Source: an uncultured Gammaproteobacteria bacterium
GTDB taxonomy: Bacteria > Patescibacteriota > Microgenomatia > UBA10105 > UBA927
Assembly (NCBI GenBank): GCA_964449585.1
Contig: CAYUZE010000004.1
Location: forward strand, 51,063 to 115,062
Reading direction: 5' to 3'
DNA: 64,000 nt
Shown here: piece after piece, positions 8,122 to 15,822 of the stretch
Layout of the letters: each line of letters starts with the position of its first letter
Position numbering within the stretch: the stretch's first letter is position 1
Notes under the pieces: generated by a model
Database searches by the model: none
What the model was told of the DNA's origin: nothing
The model's input: only the letters and a program-made list of their open reading frames with translations
Made by a program: the position numbers and the translations under genes

Positions 8122-9125
8122 TCGTTGTTTATCCGTCCCGTCACATTCGGCATGTGCCGCCGTCAGAAATATTTAACGGCAACCGGGAACCGCATGCGGA
8201 GGTACCCGATCGTATCGAGCATATCCGTGCATCGGTATGTTCGATTGCGGGTACCCGATGCATCGAGCCGAAACCGTTGGTGCTTTCCCGCATTGAGGCG
8301 GTGCATGATCGAGCCTATGTCCGTTATCTTGCGGAGGCGGCAAAAGCGGCGGGAAGCGCGTATGTGTATCCATCCGTCTTTCCGTTCGCCGGAAGGGAAA
8401 CGACAAAAAATCCCGTTGCCCGCAGGGGACAATACACATTTGATCTCTATACGCCCGTAAGCAACACGACCTATCGTGCGGCGTGCGACTCGGCGATGGC
8501 CGCGGTTACCGCGGCATCACTGGTGTCGGGAGGGGAAAACGTAAGTTACGCATTATGTCGTCCTCCCGGTCATCACGCCGAATATGCGCGAATGGGCGGC
8601 TACTGTTACTTCAACAACGCCGCAATCGCCGCCGAGTATTTGCGGAGCCGGGGAAATGTTGCGGTACTGGATATAGACGTACATCACGGAAACGGCACCC
8701 AGCATATTTTTTACGGAAGACGTGACGTTTTGACCGTGAGCATCCATGCCGATCCCGATGATAAGTTCCCGTACTTTAGCGGCAGCGCAAATGAGCGGGG
8801 GAGCGGAAGAGGGAAAGGGTACAACATCAACTATCCGCTTCCCATAGGTACCCGGGATCGTGCGTATCACCCTGTGTTACTTCGGGCAATTTCGGTGATC
8901 CGTCGTTTTGCACCGCGATATCTTGTGGTGTCGGTAGGCTACGACGCGCATGAACTTGATCCCATCGGCGGGTTGCGACTGACGACGGGGTATTATCGCC
9001 GTATGGCGGCAACCATTGCCGCGTTGGGCATCCCTACCGTGTTAGTGCAGGAAGGGGGATACAACACCGCAAAACTCGGCGAGGCAGCAAAAACATTCGT
9101 GTCGGGATTTTTGGGTACCGATTGA
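8118..9125 (+). CDS. Histone deacetylase-family (arginase/deacetylase fold) amidohydrolase, AcuC/AphA-like
   Basis: CRPPGHHA, DIDVHHGNGTQ and SVGYDAHE.DP motifs are typical of HDAC/acetoin-utilisation/acetylpolyamine amidohydrolases. Confidence 0.85.
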   Translation: MIVVYPSRHIRHVPPSEIFNGNREPHAEVPDRIEHIRASVCSIAGTRCIEPKPLVLSRIEAVHDRAYVRYLAEAAKAAGSAYVYPSVFPFAGRETTKNPVARRGQYTFDLYTPVSNTTYRAACDSAMAAVTAASLVSGGENVSYALCRPPGHHAEYARMGGYCYFNNAAIAAEYLRSRGNVAVLDIDVHHGNGTQHIFYGRRDVLTVSIHADPDDKFPYFSGSANERGSGRGKGYNINYPLPIGTRDRAYHPVLLRAISVIRRFAPRYLVVSVGYDAHELDPIGGLRLTTGYYRRMAATIAALGIPTVLVQEGGYNTAKLGEAAKTFVSGFLGTD

Positions 9126-9162
9126 ATAGATCAAAGTAATATACGATAATCGGAGTACGCAT

Positions 9163-11226
9163 ATGGCAACAATTGATACACTGAAAAAAATACGACTGGA
9201 TAAGTTAGACGTCCTAAAGAACCAAGGGATAAATCCTTATCCTGCAACGGCTCGACGGGATCAACGGATCTCGGATGCGCGTCAGTCACCGAAAAAAGAA
9301 GTTGCGGTGGCGGGAAGAATTCGCGGACTCAGAGGGCACGGCAAAATCATGTTTGCCGATTTTGCCGATGAGAGCGCGAAAATACAGCTTGTTTTTAAAA
9401 GTGATTTGGTACATGAGCACGCCTTTAAGCTGTTGCCGAACCTTGATATCGGTGACTTTCTTTCGGTTCAAGGAACCGTTGACACCACGCAGGCGGGAGA
9501 AATTTCAATTTTTGTTGCCGATTTTCAAATTATTTCCAAATCTTTGCGTCCGCTCCCCGATGAGTGGTATGGCCTAAAAGATGTTGAAGAACGATATCGA
9601 CGGCGGCATTTGGATTTGCTGCTTAACCCCGATGTAAAAGCAACGCTTGATAAACGATGGAAGATCGAACAGGCGATACGCACGTTTCTTTGGGGAGAAG
9701 GCTATACGGAAGTTGAAACGCCGATTCTTCAGCCGTTATACGGGGGAACGAATGCTAAGCCCTTTACTACGCACCTTAACGCGCTTGACGTAAATTTTTA
9801 CTTACGGATCGCGCCTGAGCTTTACCTCAAACGGCTTATTGTCGGCGGCTACGAGCGCATATTCGAAATCGCGAGAAATTTCCGCAATGAAGGAATGGAC
9901 GCCACGCATCAACCCGAATTTACGATGATGGAATTTTACGAGGCGTATGCGGATTACCATCGGATCATGGATCTTACCGAAGACCTCATCAAGCATGCCG
10001 CACAAGCGGCGAATCAAAGTTACATGATCACGATCGACGGAAAATCCATAGATATTTCCGGCAAATGGCGCCGCATTACCGTGGATGAAGCGCTCAAAGA
10101 ATACGCGGGCATCGATTGGCAAAAAATTTCGGAAGAGGAAATCAAAGCCCGACTCGAAAAAGCCGGCGTGCAGGTCACGGGCGAGTGGAGTAGGGACAAG
10201 GCACTGTTTGCGCTCTATGACCATTTTGTGACGCCGAAACTTATCGAACCCACTTGGGTAATTGATTATCCGCGTGCCGTAAGCCCGCTTTCCAAAGAGC
10301 ACCGTACCAAAGAAGGACGCGTCGAACGGTTTGAAGGATATGTCGGAGGAAAAGAGATTTGCGACGGGTGGAGCGAGATTAACAGCGGGTTAGAGCAACG
10401 ATCAAGGTTTGAACAAGAACAACGCAACATGAAGGCGGGGGATGCGGAGGCACAACCGCTCGATGAAGATTTTATTCAATCACTCGAATACGGTATGCCT
10501 CCGCTTGGAGGGATCGGTATCGGTATCGATCGGTTGGTGATGCTTATTACCAACACCTGGATGATTCGCGAAGTGATTCCGTTCCCGCTTATGCGTCCCG
10601 AATCGATTTCCGGCACGGTCGCCGCGGTTTCCCTGAAAAAAGGTGAGGATAAGGATACAAGTGTATCGAAAAAAGTCGCGATGGATCTGTTGCATGAGCA
10701 TACGAAGAATGAAAATTTGCGGCGCCATATGTATGCCGTGGGATACGCCATGCGCGCACTCGCGGAAAAACTCGGTGGGGACTCAGACACCTGGGAAGTC
10801 ATGGGGTTACTCCATGATGCCGACTGGGAAAAGACAAAAGATGCCCCGCACGAACACACCAAACTTACCCTTTCGTGGCTTGCCGAAAAAGGAATACGCG
10901 AGGGCAGATTGGTGCACGCCCTCATGTCCCACAACAGAAAACATACGGATCTCGCCGAACTTGAGGGACTCATGGAATGGGCGCTGGAAACCGTGGATGA
11001 ACTTACCGGATTTATCGTGGCCGTTACTCTTATGCGCCCCGAAAAGAAACTTGAAAGCGTTGATGTTGGGGCAGTCATGAAAAAATGGAAAATGAAAGCA
11101 TTTGCCGCGGCGGTGGATAGGGATCAAATCGCCCAGTGTGAAGAAAAACTGGGGATTCCGCTTGAAGAATTCATCACGATCACCCTTACCGCCATGCAGC
11201 AGCATCACGAAGAACTGGGACTATAA
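9163..11226 (+). CDS. lysS: Lysyl-tRNA synthetase (class II) with a C-terminal HD-domain phosphohydrolase fusion
   Basis: N-terminal OB anticodon-binding domain plus class II motifs (FRNEG, GIGIDRLVMLITN) to about residue 480. Then a linker and an HD domain from about 10645 (HEH...H....LLHDADWEK...HEH...H pattern). Confidence 0.85.
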   Translation: MATIDTLKKIRLDKLDVLKNQGINPYPATARRDQRISDARQSPKKEVAVAGRIRGLRGHGKIMFADFADESAKIQLVFKSDLVHEHAFKLLPNLDIGDFLSVQGTVDTTQAGEISIFVADFQIISKSLRPLPDEWYGLKDVEERYRRRHLDLLLNPDVKATLDKRWKIEQAIRTFLWGEGYTEVETPILQPLYGGTNAKPFTTHLNALDVNFYLRIAPELYLKRLIVGGYERIFEIARNFRNEGMDATHQPEFTMMEFYEAYADYHRIMDLTEDLIKHAAQAANQSYMITIDGKSIDISGKWRRITVDEALKEYAGIDWQKISEEEIKARLEKAGVQVTGEWSRDKALFALYDHFVTPKLIEPTWVIDYPRAVSPLSKEHRTKEGRVERFEGYVGGKEICDGWSEINSGLEQRSRFEQEQRNMKAGDAEAQPLDEDFIQSLEYGMPPLGGIGIGIDRLVMLITNTWMIREVIPFPLMRPESISGTVAAVSLKKGEDKDTSVSKKVAMDLLHEHTKNENLRRHMYAVGYAMRALAEKLGGDSDTWEVMGLLHDADWEKTKDAPHEHTKLTLSWLAEKGIREGRLVHALMSHNRKHTDLAELEGLMEWALETVDELTGFIVAVTLMRPEKKLESVDVGAVMKKWKMKAFAAAVDRDQIAQCEEKLGIPLEEFITITLTAMQQHHEELGL

Positions 11227-11255
11227 TTTTTTCGTCCCACCGTAGCTGGTGATAT

Positions 11256-12488
11256 ATGAAAACGCAAAGGAAAAAAAGCGGGCGCCGTTCACCCCGTCGC
11301 GCATTTACCCTCTGGAAGCCATTACTCTGGGGAAGTCTGATAATCACCGCACTTGCTGGGCTTGCCTGGTTTGTACTGCTTCCTTCGACGCAATATAAAC
11401 TCCGGCGCGCGCTTATCCAGCGCAAATATCCCGATGCGAACCAGTATCGTCGCCCCGTATTCCCACTTCAATTCGCAGAATCCTCACCGGTACAGCGAAC
11501 TTATTATCTGTATCGTCTTTCGACATCGCAGGGAACGCTTGCCGAAATATATCGGAAAGAAGATGCGCCGTGGCGGACGAGTGCCATCGTGAGTGACGGC
11601 GTCATATACGTCGCGGACGGAAAAACGCTTTATGCGTTGCGCGGTGCATCAGGGGATAAAGAAAAGATGTATGAAATCTCCGGCGATAACACGGCGCTTT
11701 ATCTGGTAAATAGCGCAGACGACGGCGTATACACGGTCAGATTCAACGATGAAACGGATTATTCCCAAGATATGCAGGTATCAAAATTTAATCCGATGCA
11801 AAAAACGGTAAATTCTTTTGCGACACTGCACCCCGATATTTACGAATCGCCCTCCATGGTAATTCCGGGAGAGTATCCGACGCTTATTACCGGCGGCGGT
11901 GACGGGTGCGGCGGCGGTCATCGGGTATTGCAGTACCGGGATGGGGATCAGAAACAGATTGCCCGGTTCGGCGAGGGCTGTGTGGAAGGTCCCCGCTATA
12001 TCGGCGTGATGAACGACACGACAAAATTGCTCGCCGCCTCTCCTTTATCGCCGATTGACGGCGAAAACGGTCCGTTTTACTGCAATTATGACGTCCTTTA
12101 TTCACACGATATCAAGAGCGGCGGAGTGACGCCTATTATCGATATGAAGCCGATCCCCGGATGTATTCGCGATATGACCTATGATCGCATCACCAATCAT
12201 GCCGCAATCATCACCGACGCGACGATATATATCGTCGATATTGCAAAGGCTGCGGTGGTGAAAACACTGGCAAACGCAGATGCTCATCCGTATAATTTCA
12301 GCCAATACGGCGGCTTACTTGTCTCGTATACCGATGAACCGAATGACAAACATATCACCGTTACCGACATCATGAAGGAAGCATCTGTCGACGTTTCATG
12401 GGATTATCGATACGGGAGGTTTCCGTCTTTTGTGGGGAGAATCGGCGACGATGTGCTGATTAGTACCTACGAAACGAAGACTAAATAA
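11256..12488 (+). CDS. Hypothetical membrane-anchored/secreted protein, possible beta-propeller
   Basis: N-terminal basic stretch and TM helix. Repeated G(V/I)IYVADG-like segments suggest PQQ-like propeller blades. Confidence 0.5.
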   Translation: MKTQRKKSGRRSPRRAFTLWKPLLWGSLIITALAGLAWFVLLPSTQYKLRRALIQRKYPDANQYRRPVFPLQFAESSPVQRTYYLYRLSTSQGTLAEIYRKEDAPWRTSAIVSDGVIYVADGKTLYALRGASGDKEKMYEISGDNTALYLVNSADDGVYTVRFNDETDYSQDMQVSKFNPMQKTVNSFATLHPDIYESPSMVIPGEYPTLITGGGDGCGGGHRVLQYRDGDQKQIARFGEGCVEGPRYIGVMNDTTKLLAASPLSPIDGENGPFYCNYDVLYSHDIKSGGVTPIIDMKPIPGCIRDMTYDRITNHAAIITDATIYIVDIAKAAVVKTLANADAHPYNFSQYGGLLVSYTDEPNDKHITVTDIMKEASVDVSWDYRYGRFPSFVGRIGDDVLISTYETKTK

Positions 12489-13120
12489 TGCAAAAACTGC
12501 TTATTGCCACTACCAACCCAGGAAAACTTGCGGAACTCCGATTGTTTCTCCGCGACGTTCCCGTAACGCTCATAGGTCTTCAGGATATCGGGATCACGAC
12601 AGGTATTGCGGAAACGGGCAAAACCTTTGAGGAAAATGCGGTGTTAAAGGCGAAGTATTATCACGATGTATCGGGACTTATGACGCTTGCCGATGACGGC
12701 GGCTTTGAAATTGATGCATTGGGAGGAGAGCCGGGAGTGCACTCTCACCGTTGGAAGAACAAAGATCGTGAAGACACCGATGAAGAACTTATCGCCTATA
12801 CGTTGGAGCGGTTGCGCGACGTACCGGAAGGAAAACGCGGTGCACAACTTCGCTTGGTGTTGGCGCTCGTGACGGAGACGGGAACTCTTCAGACTGCAAC
12901 AGCGAGTGTGAGAGGAATTGTCCCGGTGTCACCGGCAAATAAACTGACGCCCGGGTTTCCGTATCGGTCACTCCTTTTTCTCCCCGAAATCGGCAAGTAT
13001 TATAACCATGATGAGTTAACCCCTAAAGAAACGGAAACATATAACCACCGGAAAAAGGCACTCGATATGCTCATCCCCTTTATCATGCAGGAATTGACGA
13101 ACGGAACCAATCCCGTATAA
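12488..13120 (+). CDS. rdgB: Non-canonical purine NTP pyrophosphatase (RdgB/Ham1/ITPase)
   Basis: IATTNPGKL.E......TFEENA.LKA........ADDGG.EIDALGG.PG motif set of the Ham1 family. Confidence 0.85.
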   Translation: MQKLLIATTNPGKLAELRLFLRDVPVTLIGLQDIGITTGIAETGKTFEENAVLKAKYYHDVSGLMTLADDGGFEIDALGGEPGVHSHRWKNKDREDTDEELIAYTLERLRDVPEGKRGAQLRLVLALVTETGTLQTATASVRGIVPVSPANKLTPGFPYRSLLFLPEIGKYYNHDELTPKETETYNHRKKALDMLIPFIMQELTNGTNPV

Positions 13121-13124
13121 TAGA

Positions 13125-13290
13125 GGATGAAAGGCGTTTGAGACAGCCTCCAACTGTCAAGCCTCTCGGTGTCGCAACCGGGACGGATGAGCCCGTAACG
13201 CTCTAAATCAAGAACTTGTTAGGGTGGCACCTTCCCGCCTCAGCGGGACCATAACACGCAGATTTTTGCGTGTTTTTTTATGGTATAAAG
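13125..13290 (+). promoter_or_regulatory. Candidate T-box riboswitch leader for serS
   Basis: AGGGTGGCACC (13221-13231) matches the T-box core AGGGUGGNACC, with N=C as expected for the tRNA-Ser discriminator G. It is followed by a small hairpin and an intrinsic terminator ACACGCAG-attttt-GCGTGTTTTTTT (13254-13279). GUUAGGG can pair with CCAUAAC to form an antiterminator that competes with the terminator 5' strand. Confidence 0.5.
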
Positions 13291-13298
13291 GAGGATAT

Positions 13299-14543
13299 AT
13301 GTTAGATATAAAATTTATTCGGGAAAACCTCGAACTCTGTAAGACAGCGGCGGTCAATAAAAATCGTGTCGTCGATTGGGACGCGTTACTTGCCCTTGAT
13401 GAACAGCGCCGTGCGCTTATCGGTAAAGCGGAAGTACTGCGTGCGGAGCGAAACGACGTCAGCCGCACCCGTTCAGAGGAAAGTATCGCCCGCGGGAAAG
13501 CATTAAAGGAAGAACTCAAAGCACTGGAGGAAACGTTACGGATGACGGAAGAGAAATTCTCGCAGGCAATGTTTACGGTTCCCAATGTGCCCGATCCGAC
13601 GGTCCCGGTAGGGAAAGACGAATCGGAAAATGTGGAGATAAAAAAGTGGGGAGAACCGACAAAATTTTCCTTCACTCCCAAAGATCATATCGAACTTACT
13701 AAGTCGCTTGATCTTATCGACTTTGAACGCGGGGCAAAAGTCGGCGGATCGCGCGCGTACTTCCTCAAAAACGAAGCGGCACAAATGGAGCTTGCGCTCA
13801 TGTATTACTGCCAGATGAAGCTGGTTGCCAAAGGGTACACCCCGCTTATCGCTCCCAGTATGGTCAAAGAGTACACCTTTTTCGGGAACGGACAGTTTCC
13901 GTGGGGGCGTGATGAGGTCTATGCGCTTCCGAAAGATGAATTATACCTTGCCGGAACTGCGGAAGTTCCCGTCACCGCGTATTATAGTGACGAGGTGTTA
14001 AGCGAAAAAGACTTGCCGAAGAAATTCGTCGCCTTTTCGCCCTGTTTCCGACGCGAGGCGGGCAGTTACGGCAAAGATACGAGAGGGGTCTATCGATTGC
14101 ACCAATTCAATAAAATCGAACAAGTAATTATTGCACCCAATGAAACGAACAATTCTCTTACTCTTCATGAGGAATTGCTCGCGAACGCAGAGGAAATTCT
14201 GCAAGACCTGAAGTTGCCGTACCGGGTGCTTTTGATGTGCACCGGCGATATGGGGGAACCGCAGGTAAAAAAATATGATGTGGAAACCTGGATGCCGGGA
14301 AGAAATGCCTACGGGGAAACCATGTCCAACTCGTTTATGGGCGACTTTCAGGCAAGGCGACTCAAAATCCGCTATAAGGCAAAGGACGGCTCGATGAAGT
14401 TCTGTCATACGTTAAACAACACGGCAATCGCCAGTCCGCGTATACTGGTCGCGATTTTTGAGAATTACCAACAGGAAGACGGGTCGATCCTTATTCCCGA
14501 AGTGCTTCAGCCGCTCATGGGCAAAAAGAGTATCAGCCGGTAA
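13299..14543 (+). CDS. serS: Seryl-tRNA synthetase
   Basis: N-terminal coiled-coil arm and class II core (FSPCFRREAGSYGKDTRG, HQF.K.E, MCTGDMG). AAAGGAGG RBS before the ATG at 13299. Confidence 0.9.
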   Translation: MLDIKFIRENLELCKTAAVNKNRVVDWDALLALDEQRRALIGKAEVLRAERNDVSRTRSEESIARGKALKEELKALEETLRMTEEKFSQAMFTVPNVPDPTVPVGKDESENVEIKKWGEPTKFSFTPKDHIELTKSLDLIDFERGAKVGGSRAYFLKNEAAQMELALMYYCQMKLVAKGYTPLIAPSMVKEYTFFGNGQFPWGRDEVYALPKDELYLAGTAEVPVTAYYSDEVLSEKDLPKKFVAFSPCFRREAGSYGKDTRGVYRLHQFNKIEQVIIAPNETNNSLTLHEELLANAEEILQDLKLPYRVLLMCTGDMGEPQVKKYDVETWMPGRNAYGETMSNSFMGDFQARRLKIRYKAKDGSMKFCHTLNNTAIASPRILVAIFENYQQEDGSILIPEVLQPLMGKKSISR

Positions 14544-15741
14544 CGGTTTTCGTGTGATAACGACGGCGTATCCTGATGCCTAAGGGGAGGACGGTAAGAA
14601 CCGATGCGATACCGAGTACGGTGAACATGGCTTTTACCCCGCCGAAATATTCCATAACGGGTGTTGAGATAAGGGCAAATCCCACGACGGTGAGCGATAT
14701 CAGCATGGAAAGCGTGGAAATCGCGGTTGCTCTGTTTTTCGATTCATAATGTTCGTTGACGTATCCTCCCAGGATCACCCACCGTGCACTGGAGGCAAAT
14801 ATACTGATTGCCACCGCAACGACGGCAAGTTCTTTCGTGAGAAAAATTCCCGGCAAGTAACAAAGCATCATGGCAATGGGGAAGAAAAGGTATGCCCGTC
14901 GTTTGGTAACGATAGTTTTCAGATGCAGGGCGCCGAATAGCACACTACTGTTAAACAGCCGGATCGATGCCACGATGATGCCGATATAAAACGCCGAGTA
15001 CCCGATGGTGGTAAGAAGCGAGGTGTTATAAATCATCATCGCCGACCAGGTGATACCTCCAACTCCCACATAAAATAACGATATATCGCGGATATAGGGA
15101 GTTTTAAATATCTCATGGAATCCCCGGCGGAATTGTCGGATGTAGCGAACCAGGGTAAATTTCTCCGTATCGACCGACGGCTCTTTAAACCAGAAACTTA
15201 ACACGAGTGCTCCTGCATAGGCGGCGGCAGAAGCGTAGATTGCCGTCTCATAACCCCATAAACTCAACACACCGCCCGAAAGTATTGCTGCGGCAAACGA
15301 CAGTTGAAACAGTAACGACGCCTTAGAAGCGACCTTCGGGTAGTGCTCGTCACGACCGTCCTGTTTTAACGAGTCATAGATCAACGCTTCCTTGGCACCC
15401 GATATGAACGAATCTCCGATGCCGGCAATAATCGCATAGATGACAAAATCGCTAAACGAGTGGGATGACGCATACAGCAGTATGCTCACCAAAACAATAA
15501 TCCTTCCGATGATCACCGATGCCCGTTTCCCCAAAAGGTCGGCAACGGCGCCCGTGGGAAGTTCTGCGATAAGCTGTGTTCCCTGTACGATTGCTTCAAT
15601 AATCGCGATCTGGGCAAGGGTGATGTATTGCAGTTCAAACGCCACCCAGACGGGCATATGAAAAATAAGCCCGTTAAAGCACTCCGAAATATAATAAATT
15701 TTTTCGTTTCTTGTTGATAATTTCATGGACAATTTTCCCAT
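14533..15741 (-). CDS. MFS transporter
   Basis: 12-TM hydropathy pattern and a G.L.D..GKR-like motif between TM2 and TM3. Confidence 0.75.
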   Translation of the reverse strand: MGKLSMKLSTRNEKIYYISECFNGLIFHMPVWVAFELQYITLAQIAIIEAIVQGTQLIAELPTGAVADLLGKRASVIIGRIIVLVSILLYASSHSFSDFVIYAIIAGIGDSFISGAKEALIYDSLKQDGRDEHYPKVASKASLLFQLSFAAAILSGGVLSLWGYETAIYASAAAYAGALVLSFWFKEPSVDTEKFTLVRYIRQFRRGFHEIFKTPYIRDISLFYVGVGGITWSAMMIYNTSLLTTIGYSAFYIGIIVASIRLFNSSVLFGALHLKTIVTKRRAYLFFPIAMMLCYLPGIFLTKELAVVAVAISIFASSARWVILGGYVNEHYESKNRATAISTLSMLISLTVVGFALISTPVMEYFGGVKAMFTVLGIASVLTVLPLGIRIRRRYHTKTVTG

Positions 15742-15822
15742 TATACCGCCGATGACGGATTTCGTGTTGTGCGCTGACGTACGGATAAAAAATATCCGCG
15801 TATGTGGTAAAATACTTCAATC

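Noticed and set aside
10476-11208. Minus-strand ORFs (200 aa, 133 aa) and a plus-strand 145-aa ORF within the lysS-HD gene
   Set aside because: They overlap the conserved LysRS/HD coding frame, and their Ser/Arg-rich low-complexity translations are typical of out-of-frame reads.
13208-13681. 157-aa minus-strand ORF overlapping the serS leader and the serS 5' end
   Set aside because: It is antisense to serS and to the T-box-like terminator region; it is a shadow ORF.
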